Positions 1 through 8,262 of a stretch of 64,000 bases of DNA are shown one piece after another (the stretch's first letter is position 1; each line of letters begins with the position of its first letter). The notes below the pieces were generated by a model, which worked only from the letters and a program-made list of their open reading frames with translations, had not been told where the DNA came from and did no database searches. The stretch covers positions 20,910 through 84,909 of the forward strand of contig JAFWBI010000007.1 in NCBI GenBank assembly GCA_017507215.1. Reading direction: 5' to 3'. Origin of the DNA: Clostridia bacterium. GTDB lineage: Bacteria > Bacillota > Clostridia > Christensenellales > UBA1242. Both the position numbers and the translations under genes were made by a program.

Positions 1-34
1 TCTGAGCTTGTGAAAGTTGCTTAAAAATAAAATC

Positions 35-69
35 AAATCCGTTTTTTGGGATTTTGAATTTGTTATAAT
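35..69 (+). promoter_or_regulatory. Extended -10 promoter with AAATCC-N8-GGATTT palindrome in place of a -35 box
   Basis: AAATCC (35-40), 8 nt, GGATTT (49-54), 9 nt ending TGT, TATAAT (64-69); AAGGAG RBS at 81-86. Confidence 0.6.
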
Positions 70-92
70 AAGAGTGTGAAAAGGAGATAAGC

Positions 93-158
93 ATGATTAT
101 TGTTGTTATATTTTTTATTTATGTCACAATAAATTTCCTTGTTGGGCTTGGTGGTTAA
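93..158 (+). CDS. 21-aa hydrophobic micropeptide, or 5' part of a disrupted membrane-protein gene
   Basis: ATG after AAGGAG; MIIVVIFFIYVTINFLVGLGG*; a second hydrophobic ORF (179-364) follows in another frame. Confidence 0.3.
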   Translation: MIIVVIFFIYVTINFLVGLGG

Positions 159-376
159 TATAACTGAAAAACAAGCAGATGCGTTTGCTGGTTTTGATGC
201 AAAACAGCTTTAAGAGTGTGTCAATTTTTGAGTGGCTTGATGAAGTTGTTTTGAAAAACAATGCTGCTAGATTCTTTTTGCAAGTATTCATTTTTTTGTT
301 TTGGCTTGGTGGTTTGTCACATTTTCATCAAGTTATCCTACCTTCCTTTCAAATATATATCTAATGTGAAAAAATT

Positions 377-402
377 GGGCAGAAAAAATCTGCTCTTTTT
401 TT
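377..402 (+). terminator. Intrinsic terminator
   Basis: GGGCAGA-loop-TCTGCTC followed by T7, then GTGCAAAAAT. Confidence 0.6.
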
Positions 403-419
403 GTGCAAAAATGGGCTTG

Positions 420-454
420 AAATCCTTTTTTTAGGATTTGGTTTGTGTTATACT
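420..454 (+). promoter_or_regulatory. Promoter of WYL operon with AAATCC-N8-GGATTT palindrome
   Basis: AAATCC (420-425), 8 nt, GGATTT (434-439), 9 nt, TG-N-TATACT (-10 at 449-454). Confidence 0.65.
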
Positions 455-486
455 CAAAATGTGAAATTCTTTTTTAGGTGGTGTTT

Positions 487-1473
487 ATGATTAGTGAAAA
501 GAAAGGTTCAATATTGTATACTCTTGAAATTTTGAAGGCGTATTCTGATGAACAGCACTTGCTGACTTATGAAATGATTTCAGACAAGCTTTATCATGGC
601 TACGGGCTTGAAATTGAAAGAAAGACTATTGCTCGTGATATTGCCATTTTGCAAGAGTTTGGCTATGACGTTGTGAAGAAGGGCAATCGTGGACTTTATC
701 TTGGTTTTCGTGACTTTGAAGAAGGTGAGCTTTTATATTTGATTGACGCGATTTATTCATCAAAGTCAATGCCAACAAAATATGCAAAAGACCTTGTTGA
801 AAGACTTACAAAAAATCACAGCAATTATAAAAAGAAAAAATATAAATATCTTGAGAAAATTGATGATGGTGCACGAACCGACAACAAAGAAATTTTCTGG
901 ACCATTGAGCTTTTGAATGAAGCTATTGAAAAGAAAAAGAAAGTTGAGTTTCAATATGGTGCATATGGCATTGATAAAAAAATTAAGCTTAAGGGCGATG
1001 GAAAGTTTTATAAAATCAATCCATATTTCATGGTGAACAACAAAGGAAAGTATTATCTTGTTTGCAACTATGACAAATATGATGATGTTTCGAACTATAA
1101 AATTGAGTGCATTTCAAACATAAAGATTCTAGATGAAGACATCAAGCCTATCACAGAGCTTCCAAGCAACAAAGATTTTTCGGTGAAAGATTATGTGAAA
1201 GAGCATGTTTATATGGCGTTTGGGGAGTCTGTTGATGCTGAAATCAGAATTGCATCTGAAGAAAAGATTAATGACTTTATTGACTGGTTTGGCAAGGATT
1301 CGTCAATATTCAAAAAGGGCGATGACATTGTTGCAACCTTGAAAGTCAATGAAGAATCACTTATTTTCTGGGCACTTCAATATGGTCAGCACGTTGAAGT
1401 TTTGAAGCCGATTGAAACCAGAGAGAAAATTAAGAAAATTTTAAATGGTATGGTCGAAAAATATAACAAATAA
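487..1473 (+). CDS. WYL-domain transcriptional regulator (wHTH-WYL-WCX)
   Basis: N-terminal wHTH (ERKTIARDIAIL), WYL core (INPYFMVNNKGKYYLVC..YKIECISNI), WCX tail (WALQYGQHVEVLKP); ATG 487 follows AGGTGG. Confidence 0.9.
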   Translation: MISEKKGSILYTLEILKAYSDEQHLLTYEMISDKLYHGYGLEIERKTIARDIAILQEFGYDVVKKGNRGLYLGFRDFEEGELLYLIDAIYSSKSMPTKYAKDLVERLTKNHSNYKKKKYKYLEKIDDGARTDNKEIFWTIELLNEAIEKKKKVEFQYGAYGIDKKIKLKGDGKFYKINPYFMVNNKGKYYLVCNYDKYDDVSNYKIECISNIKILDEDIKPITELPSNKDFSVKDYVKEHVYMAFGESVDAEIRIASEEKINDFIDWFGKDSSIFKKGDDIVATLKVNEESLIFWALQYGQHVEVLKPIETREKIKKILNGMVEKYNK

Positions 1474-1490
1474 GAAGGTGGGAAAATATT

Positions 1491-2315
1491 ATGAATATTG
1501 AAGAATTAAAAGCTTTGTTTGAAGAAGATGTTTCATTTGAACAAATTGAAGAACTTGTTTCTGATGATGTTTTTGCCGGAGCGTCAAAACTTGGAATTGA
1601 TTATGCAGAAAAACTTGGGTTTGAAAGTTTTGAAGATGCTCCATTTTGTCTTGAGCAGGTGACTCCAGGAACGGTCAGTGTGGTTGTTGATGATGGGGTG
1701 AAGCCTGTTGTTGAACTTATGAAAAAACTTGCTAAAGAACAAAGTGACACAAAAAGAAAAAATGCAGACCATTATGAAGCTTCATTTTGTTTATATGGAA
1801 GAATGAAAGATGGAAAAATTGCAATCACAGACGGTTTTTGGGACGAAAGGGGCTATCAGCCAAATGCTTATAAATATGCAGACCCAGATTCTTTGAACTA
1901 TGGCAGTTTTTTTGCAGACTATTCAAATGTGACAACAACTTCAAGGTGGTATGACAGAAAGGTTGATGCTGTTTGTGATTCTGCAACTCCAGATGGTTCG
2001 CTAGTTGTGATTTATGGTCACACACACCCACAAACAAAAGAACTTGGAAAAGTGAATAACTATCCGTCAAGAACAGATGTTTCTCTTGCTGTTGAAGAAG
2101 CTGTTACTCGTTACACTCAAGCAAATGGCTCTTGTTCATTTTTGAATGCAATCATCAACGCAGATGGTGATTTAAACATTTTTGGATTTGATGTTGAAAC
2201 AGGAAAGTTTTTCATTTTAGATGATGTTAAATATAAAAGTGGAAAAAAGATTGCGGCATACACTGAAGAAAACTATCCTATTCAAGTTGGCCCAACTGGA
2301 CCAAGTTCAAAATAG
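1491..2315 (+). CDS. JAB/MPN-like metallopeptidase-domain protein
   Basis: YEASFCLYG...GHTHP...NYPSRTD resembles the E..HxH..S..D JAMM motif; 17 nt after the WYL gene with RBS. Confidence 0.6.
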   Translation: MNIEELKALFEEDVSFEQIEELVSDDVFAGASKLGIDYAEKLGFESFEDAPFCLEQVTPGTVSVVVDDGVKPVVELMKKLAKEQSDTKRKNADHYEASFCLYGRMKDGKIAITDGFWDERGYQPNAYKYADPDSLNYGSFFADYSNVTTTSRWYDRKVDAVCDSATPDGSLVVIYGHTHPQTKELGKVNNYPSRTDVSLAVEEAVTRYTQANGSCSFLNAIINADGDLNIFGFDVETGKFFILDDVKYKSGKKIAAYTEENYPIQVGPTGPSSK

Positions 2316-2326
2316 GGGGGGGGATT

Positions 2327-2431
2327 ATGAGCGAAAATAAAAACGAAAAAGAATCAGAAGAAGAGCTTGATGATTTGGAATTTGATGAAATGAACGACAT
2401 TTGGGACGAAATGGACGAAGAAGAACTTTAA
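2327..2431 (+). CDS. 34-aa highly acidic micropeptide (not in ORF track)
   Basis: MSENKNEKESEEELDDLEFDEMNDIWDEMDEEEL*; preceded by a G9 tract as possible SD; followed by terminator. Confidence 0.55.
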   Translation: MSENKNEKESEEELDDLEFDEMNDIWDEMDEEEL

Positions 2432-2443
2432 ATTTTTGCAATA

Positions 2444-2473
2444 AAAAAAGATAGCAAATTTGCTATCTTTTTT
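2444..2473. terminator. Bidirectional intrinsic terminator
   Basis: AAAAAAGATAGCAA-AT-TTGCTATCTTTTTT between convergent genes. Confidence 0.8.
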
Positions 2474-2477
2474 GTTT

Positions 2478-3050
2478 TTATTTTTCTTCAGTTGCTTTTG
2501 GCTGAGCATCTTCTTTTTGGGCGAGTGCACCTTTGATTTTTCCAGTGCAATAAATTGAGAAGAAACCACAAATAAGACCAAGAATGGTGTAAACTGCAAG
2601 AATTGCAAGCATAATGAAGCAATCAGACACTTCAGAAAGTGGAGCAAGAGAAGTTCCAAGACCACTAAACGTCAAGAAGATTCCGGCAAAAACACCTGTG
2701 ATTGAGTTGAGCCAAAGTTTTTCGGTTTTATCGAGCATCATCACAAGTCCATTAACAATAAACACACCAATCAAACAGCTGATGCTGATGTTTCCAAGAT
2801 TTAAATCGAACGAATTGGTGATTGACATCATCAAAAGTGCAGCAACAAAACCAACAATGACTCCGATGAAACCTTTGATTCTGTCTTTAATGCTTGCGCC
2901 ATAAAAGATTGTCCAAATTGCAAATCCAACCCACATAAACGAGCCACCGTCAACAAATAAGCCACCAATTAGTGCGTCAACAATGTAAAGTGCACTTGCA
3001 AGAACAGCAATAAGCAGTGGAATTGCAAACCATTTTAAATAAATTTTCAT
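2478..3050 (-). CDS. DUF1097-like integral membrane protein
   Basis: Several TM helices, MWVGFAIWTIFYG motif; start moved to ATG 3050 after AAGGAG. Confidence 0.6.
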   Translation of the reverse strand: MKIYLKWFAIPLLIAVLASALYIVDALIGGLFVDGGSFMWVGFAIWTIFYGASIKDRIKGFIGVIVGFVAALLMMSITNSFDLNLGNISISCLIGVFIVNGLVMMLDKTEKLWLNSITGVFAGIFLTFSGLGTSLAPLSEVSDCFIMLAILAVYTILGLICGFFSIYCTGKIKGALAQKEDAQPKATEEK

Positions 3051-3188
3051 AAATTTCTCCTTTTTGTAATCTATTTTCATTTTATAAAAACAGGAAAGAT
3101 TTTGCAAATGAATGAAAGTTATATTGCTAAATTTATTGTTAAAATCACAATGTTTATGATATTATAAGGGCATTAAAGGAGAATTTTT

Positions 3189-3605
3189 ATGATTCCAGAA
3201 TATTTGCACAAGGTGCAATACTATGAAACAGACAAAATGCAAATCACTCATCATTCAAACTATGCAAGGTTTATGGAAGAAGCTAGGCTTGATTTTATGG
3301 AAAGAATTGGCTATAGCTATGACAGAATGGAGCGAGAAGATATTTTTTCACCAGTGGTGAGCATTTCTTGTGATTTTAAAAAGCCTACAACTTATGGTGA
3401 TTTAATCAAGATTGATGTTTCAGTGCTTGAAATTTCAAGGGCAAAAATCAAGTTTGAATATATTATGAAAGTTGGTGACAACGTTGTTTGCAAGGCAACA
3501 AGCACGCATTGTTGTTTGAATAAGCAAGGCAAAATCTTGGCGCTTGGAAAAGAAAAACCTGAGCTTTATGAGCTTCTTGAAAGTTTAGTGAAAAAAGATA
3601 TTTAA
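3189..3605 (+). CDS. Acyl-CoA thioesterase (YbgC/4HBT hot-dog family)
   Basis: VQYYETDKMQITHHSNYARFMEEAR motif. Confidence 0.9.
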   Translation: MIPEYLHKVQYYETDKMQITHHSNYARFMEEARLDFMERIGYSYDRMEREDIFSPVVSISCDFKKPTTYGDLIKIDVSVLEISRAKIKFEYIMKVGDNVVCKATSTHCCLNKQGKILALGKEKPELYELLESLVKKDI

Positions 3606-3621
3606 AGGGGAGATATAATTT

Positions 3622-4122
3622 ATGTTAGAATATAAAAAGATTACAGAAGAACACAAAGAGCAACTTTTTGCGCTTATCGACAGGGTGCTTTCAAACATTC
3701 CTGATAACCATTTCATTCCTTATGAACAGTGGGAACTTGACAGCATGTTTGATGAAGAAAACTATGCGCCACTTTATGGTGCTTTTGATGGTGACAAGCT
3801 TGTGGGCATGGCTCAGCTTTATGTTTCGCAAGACATGATGGCTGGTTTTAAGAAAGATTTTGATTTGCAAGAATATTCAGTTTGTGAACTTGGTGGCAAC
3901 CTTGTTCTTCCTGAATATCGTGGAATGGGCATCACAACAACACTTCAGAAAATGGAACTTGAAATTGCAAGGGAACGTGGGTTTGACTACATTATTTCAA
4001 TGGCGCACCCAGAAAACCCTGCAAGCTGCAAAACTCTTGAAAGAGTTGGCTTGAAGTTTTATAAAACCATGGAAGTTGCCGGTGGCTTTTTGAGAAACTT
4101 ATATATGCTTAAACTTAAATAA
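3622..4122 (+). CDS. GNAT family N-acetyltransferase
   Basis: VLPEYRGMGI motif A; HPENPASCKTLERVG motif B. Confidence 0.9.
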   Translation: MLEYKKITEEHKEQLFALIDRVLSNIPDNHFIPYEQWELDSMFDEENYAPLYGAFDGDKLVGMAQLYVSQDMMAGFKKDFDLQEYSVCELGGNLVLPEYRGMGITTTLQKMELEIARERGFDYIISMAHPENPASCKTLERVGLKFYKTMEVAGGFLRNLYMLKLK

Positions 4123-4132
4123 GGAAGTGCTT

Positions 4133-4675
4133 ATGAAGATTTATGTTATGCGACATGGTGAAACCGTTTGGAATGCGAAGGGAATAACTCAAGGTCGCTC
4201 AAACAACAGGCTTAGCAAAAATGGAAAGATTCAGGCTGAGATGACGGCTGAAAAACTCAAAAGTGAAAAGATTGATTTGATTGTTTGCTCACCACTTATG
4301 CGAACAGTTCAAACTGCAAACATTATGAATCAATATCATGGCGTGAAAATTCTTAAAAATGAAAACATAAATGAAGTCGACCAAGGTATTTTCACAGGAA
4401 GGCTTTTCAAATCACTTTCAGAAGAAGAGAAAAAAATTAAAAGTCAAAGGTCTAAATCTTGTGGAATGGAATCGGTTGAAGAAGTGACACAAAGGGCAAA
4501 AAAATTTATCTTTGAGCTCAAGCAAAACTATTTAGGAAAAAAGGTTTTGGTGGTCACTCACAATTTGGTGGCTTGTGCGATTGAATCTATTGCAAAGTTT
4601 GGCGATTTTGACGATTCTTATTTTAGAAATAAAGTGAATTTTGCAAATGCAGAACTTAAAGAAATTGAAATTTAA
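4133..4675 (+). CDS. Histidine phosphatase (PGM-like) family protein
   Basis: RHGET, SPLMRTVQT, LVVTH motifs. Confidence 0.9.
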   Translation: MKIYVMRHGETVWNAKGITQGRSNNRLSKNGKIQAEMTAEKLKSEKIDLIVCSPLMRTVQTANIMNQYHGVKILKNENINEVDQGIFTGRLFKSLSEEEKKIKSQRSKSCGMESVEEVTQRAKKFIFELKQNYLGKKVLVVTHNLVACAIESIAKFGDFDDSYFRNKVNFANAELKEIEI

Positions 4676-4696
4676 CAGCAAAACTGCTGTTTTTTT
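4674..4696 (+). terminator. Intrinsic terminator
   Basis: AACAGCA-AAAC-TGCTGTT plus T tract. Confidence 0.65.
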
Positions 4697-4756
4697 CTTT
4701 TTTTGGCTCGGCGAAATTTGTCAAAAAATTGATATAAAAAAATAACAATTTGGGTA

Positions 4757-4785
4757 TTGACATATGGCTTGTTCTGTATTATAAT
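4757..4785 (+). promoter_or_regulatory. Consensus sigma-A promoter of the 4810-8158 operon
   Basis: TTGACA (4757-4762), 17 nt, TATAAT (4780-4785); AAGGAG RBS follows. Confidence 0.85.
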
Positions 4786-4809
4786 ATTGATACTTAGAAA
4801 GGAGATTTT

Positions 4810-5370
4810 ATGGAACAAATGCAAATCAACGGCGAAGTCGTTGACGCTTTTGACATTACAAATAATGAAGATTTTCCATTTGCAGATACTTGGAAAAAGA
4901 CTTATTCTGCAATAGAACAATCATTAGAAGAATTCGGTGACCTGACAGAAAAAGAGAGAATACTCAAAAAAGTTGCAGGCTTGGTGAATGTGCTCGTTCG
5001 CCATGGGTCAACTTATGAAGACATTGTTCTCGAAACTGCTCAGGTTTATGTTTTTTCTAAGGAAACTGGCATCGACCCAAATGAATTTGCAAATATTTTC
5101 GGAAAATATGTCATTCTGGGTGCCAAATGCTTAAATCAAAAACTCGATAATGAAGAAAGCATGAAATCGGTTTTTGAGAATGCAGAGATGAGATATCTTG
5201 GCAAAATCAAAATTGCTGAATATATCATTGATTTGGTTTTTAATGGCAACGATTCAAAAGAGTTACTTTTTGAAATTGATGCTGTTTTAAATAAATATAA
5301 AGATAGGACACACAAAGGTCTTGTCAAAATATTAATCACTGAATGTGATAAATTAAAGGGAGAAATTTAA
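4810..5370 (+). CDS. Degenerate RelA/SpoT-type HD-domain (Mesh1/SAH-like) pseudo-hydrolase
   Basis: ETAQVYVFSKETGIDPNEFANIFGKYV aligns by eye with AALLHDVVEDT..LEEI...FG..V, and KIKIAEYIIDL with VKLADRLHNL; HD dyad absent. Confidence 0.5.
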   Translation: MEQMQINGEVVDAFDITNNEDFPFADTWKKTYSAIEQSLEEFGDLTEKERILKKVAGLVNVLVRHGSTYEDIVLETAQVYVFSKETGIDPNEFANIFGKYVILGAKCLNQKLDNEESMKSVFENAEMRYLGKIKIAEYIIDLVFNGNDSKELLFEIDAVLNKYKDRTHKGLVKILITECDKLKGEI

Positions 5371-5372
5371 TA

Positions 5373-7208
5373 ATGGATAATGAAAGAAAAATAGAAGTGG
5401 CTGACGAACTTTTCGACAGGGTTTACAGGGGAGAACACAGAGAAAACGTTCAGCGCTTGGTGGCAAACATTAAAGCTGACCTTGAAAATATTCCGGGGGT
5501 TGAAAGTTTTGTTATTTCAAGAATCAAAGCGCCACTTTCAATTCTTCAAAAATACGACACAGAAGAAAAATATTCTGTGGGCTGGAACAGCATGAAAGAC
5601 CTTTTAGGTTTTATGGTTGTTGTTGATTCAAACCAAGACGTTGATGAAGTTTTATATTACATGGACACAAACTATCGTGGCATGAAAAACCCAAACTCAT
5701 CACAGCTTTATCGTGACTTTAGAAAGAAACCAATTCGTGAGCTTGACCCATCAAGACCAAAGATTTTTGACCAACCATCTCCAAAAGGTTATCAAATCAA
5801 CGATGGCTACAAAAACGTCAGAATTAACATGATGATTAACCCTGATGATGTCAATCAAGCAGATGGTTACCCAATCGAAATTCAAGTTAAAACAAAAGAA
5901 CAATATATCGCTCACATGGCAACTCATGACCCTGTTTATAAGGCTAAGTCAATCAGTGACTCATCTGAAGCACATAGAGTTTCTGATGCACTTTTCCCAT
6001 ATTTTGAAGCAGTTGCTCATTTGAAACTTGAAAGAGATAAAATGAAACCAGCAGAAATCGAAAGATGCAAAGCAGACATCAAAGCAATCTTCGAAAGAAA
6101 CAAAGATATTTATGAACAATATCCAGACGTTTTCAACGAAGCTTGTAGTATTTTTGCTGTGTATACATTTGTTGTTAAAAATAAAGAACGTCTTTATGCA
6201 GACGAATTTTTAGATGACTCAGTTGTAAACAACCAACTTTTGGAAAGTGAAATTTTGAGAATTTTCTATTACAAGCAAAAAGGAATGCTCACAGCTGACA
6301 AATCACTCACAGACAGTAAGTCTTACATGAAAGCAGCAGAAGAAATTATCAATATGTCTTATGACGAATTTGTTAAACTTTCAACAGAACTTGCTGGAAG
6401 CTATCGTAAAGAAAAATGTATCATTTCTGGTATCTTTGACATGATTCGTGAAAAAGATATTAAGCTTATTCAACGTTGTGCAAAGAGCTTTAGAAAGGTT
6501 ATTGTTTCTGTTTATGATGACGAGCTTGTTAAAATCTTCTTGGGTGTTGACCCAATGTATTCTGTTGAAGACAGAATGAAAGCTCTTGAAATGCTTGACG
6601 ACGTTGCTATTGTTAGCAAAGTTGACCTTTCAGGAATCGTAAGTTATAAAGACAATGTTGAACCATTCATCATTGAAGAACCACAGGGCAAGAAATATAA
6701 GATTGGTTATCTTCCAGGTGTGTTCGACATGTTCCACCCAGGTCATATTGAATATATCACTCAAGCACTCGAACTTTGTGACAAACTTATCATTGGCATC
6801 AAAACTGATGAATATTCAATGATTCACAAAAACAAAACTCCAATTCAAAATCAACAAGAACGTCTTTGCATTGCAAATGCACTTGTCGGCATTGAAGAAG
6901 TTTGTTTGACTGGTCGTGACATTCTTCCACCAATCGATGTTTTGGAAGAACTTGATGCAGCTGCAAAAGCAGGGGATAAGGTTGCAATTTTCTTAGGTTC
7001 TGACTGGATGATTGAAGAAAAGAGAAAGAAAAAGAGTCCACTCAGCCTTGCAGAACATGTGTTCTTGACAAAAGAATATCCAGACATTGTTTTAGATAGC
7101 ATTCCAAGGGGAGAAAGTGGCAGGTCAAGCACTGGCTATCGCAAACGTGGAAATGATGCTGCAAAATTCATCAATCCACACGAATTAAAAACTTTAGGGG
7201 TACAATAA
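5373..7208 (+). CDS. RelA/SpoT synthetase domain fused to two cytidylyltransferase-like domains
   Basis: SRIKAPLSILQK, KDLLG, DGYKN, PIEIQVKT, THDPVYK; then degenerate GIFDMIREKD and intact GVFDMFHPGH..GSDW..RGESGRSST (TagD-like). Confidence 0.85.
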   Translation: MDNERKIEVADELFDRVYRGEHRENVQRLVANIKADLENIPGVESFVISRIKAPLSILQKYDTEEKYSVGWNSMKDLLGFMVVVDSNQDVDEVLYYMDTNYRGMKNPNSSQLYRDFRKKPIRELDPSRPKIFDQPSPKGYQINDGYKNVRINMMINPDDVNQADGYPIEIQVKTKEQYIAHMATHDPVYKAKSISDSSEAHRVSDALFPYFEAVAHLKLERDKMKPAEIERCKADIKAIFERNKDIYEQYPDVFNEACSIFAVYTFVVKNKERLYADEFLDDSVVNNQLLESEILRIFYYKQKGMLTADKSLTDSKSYMKAAEEIINMSYDEFVKLSTELAGSYRKEKCIISGIFDMIREKDIKLIQRCAKSFRKVIVSVYDDELVKIFLGVDPMYSVEDRMKALEMLDDVAIVSKVDLSGIVSYKDNVEPFIIEEPQGKKYKIGYLPGVFDMFHPGHIEYITQALELCDKLIIGIKTDEYSMIHKNKTPIQNQQERLCIANALVGIEEVCLTGRDILPPIDVLEELDAAAKAGDKVAIFLGSDWMIEEKRKKKSPLSLAEHVFLTKEYPDIVLDSIPRGESGRSSTGYRKRGNDAAKFINPHELKTLGVQ

Positions 7209-7210
7209 TT

Positions 7211-8158
7211 TTGAATAAATTTAAAAACACAAAAGAAGTTTTAGACAACTTAAACGAACTTCCAATTTATATCGCAGGACACTTAAAACCAGACCAAGAC
7301 TCAGTTGGTTCGTGCATGGCTCTTGCGTTATATTTGAAGTCTAAAGGCAAAGACGCCTACATTCTTTTAGAAGAGTTTGACAAAGATATTCTTTCTTGGA
7401 AAGGTGATTATTCTTTGGTGAAGACAGCTGTTTCGCACGAAAAATATAATTTTGTTGCGCTCGACCTTAATGAAAAGAAGCGTCTTGGAAGTTTTGAAAA
7501 AGACTTTGACAAGGCTGAATTTAAAATCAATATTGACCATCATCAAGACAATAAATATGAAGCAGACCACACACTTTCAATTCCGGGAATAAGCTCAACT
7601 TGTGAGATTATTTATGAAGTGATTAAAAGTGAAGGAAAGCAAGTTTTTTCAAAAGATATTGCTGAATATTTGTATGCTGGCATGATGAATGATACAAACT
7701 GTTTTACCAGAAGATTGTCGAAAAAAACAATGATGATTGCTCAAAAACTCATCAACTATGGTGCAGATTATATGAGAATCATCAAAAAGACTTTCTCTGA
7801 AAGAACAATGTATTGGTTTAAAGCACTTGCGAAACTTGTTAATGAAATTCAGTTTGATGGATTCCACTATGCAGTGGTTGACAAGTCACTTCCTGAATAT
7901 AAAGACTTAACACACAACAACATTGTGAAGCAGATTGCTGAAGACCTTAGAAAAATTGACGGAATTGATGTGTTTTTGATGCTTATCAAAAACGGAGACA
8001 CCATTGTTGCAAAAGTTATGAGCAACACCAGCGAATGTGCTGACAAACTTGCAGCTGTGTTTGGTGGTGGGGGTCACAAAAAAGAAGCAGGATTCACAAT
8101 CAAAAATGTTTCAGTTGAAGAAATTGTTTCTAAAGCTAAAGAATTTTTAAATAAATAA
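7211..8158 (+). CDS. DHH-DHHA1 phosphoesterase (NrnA-like)
   Basis: GHLKPDQDSVGS, NIDHH, SSTCE, GMMNDT, FGGGGHKKEAG. Confidence 0.92.
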   Translation: MNKFKNTKEVLDNLNELPIYIAGHLKPDQDSVGSCMALALYLKSKGKDAYILLEEFDKDILSWKGDYSLVKTAVSHEKYNFVALDLNEKKRLGSFEKDFDKAEFKINIDHHQDNKYEADHTLSIPGISSTCEIIYEVIKSEGKQVFSKDIAEYLYAGMMNDTNCFTRRLSKKTMMIAQKLINYGADYMRIIKKTFSERTMYWFKALAKLVNEIQFDGFHYAVVDKSLPEYKDLTHNNIVKQIAEDLRKIDGIDVFLMLIKNGDTIVAKVMSNTSECADKLAAVFGGGGHKKEAGFTIKNVSVEEIVSKAKEFLNK

Positions 8159-8160
8159 AC

Positions 8161-8190
8161 AAAAACACCAATGATTTTGGTGTTTTTTTT
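8161..8190 (+). terminator. Intrinsic terminator closing the RelA-CT operon
   Basis: AAAAACACCAA-loop-TTGGTGTTTTT plus T tract, then GTGCAAAAATT. Confidence 0.85.
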
Positions 8191-8262
8191 GTGCAAAAAT
8201 TATTAAAATTCTATGAATAAAAATTTAGATGTGCTATAATTTTTTTGTAGAAGGAAAGACTT

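Noticed and set aside
2327-2431. Micropeptide as Pup or ubiquitin-like modifier
   Set aside because: No C-terminal GG/GGE motif and no ligase nearby; kept only as an acidic peptide of unknown role
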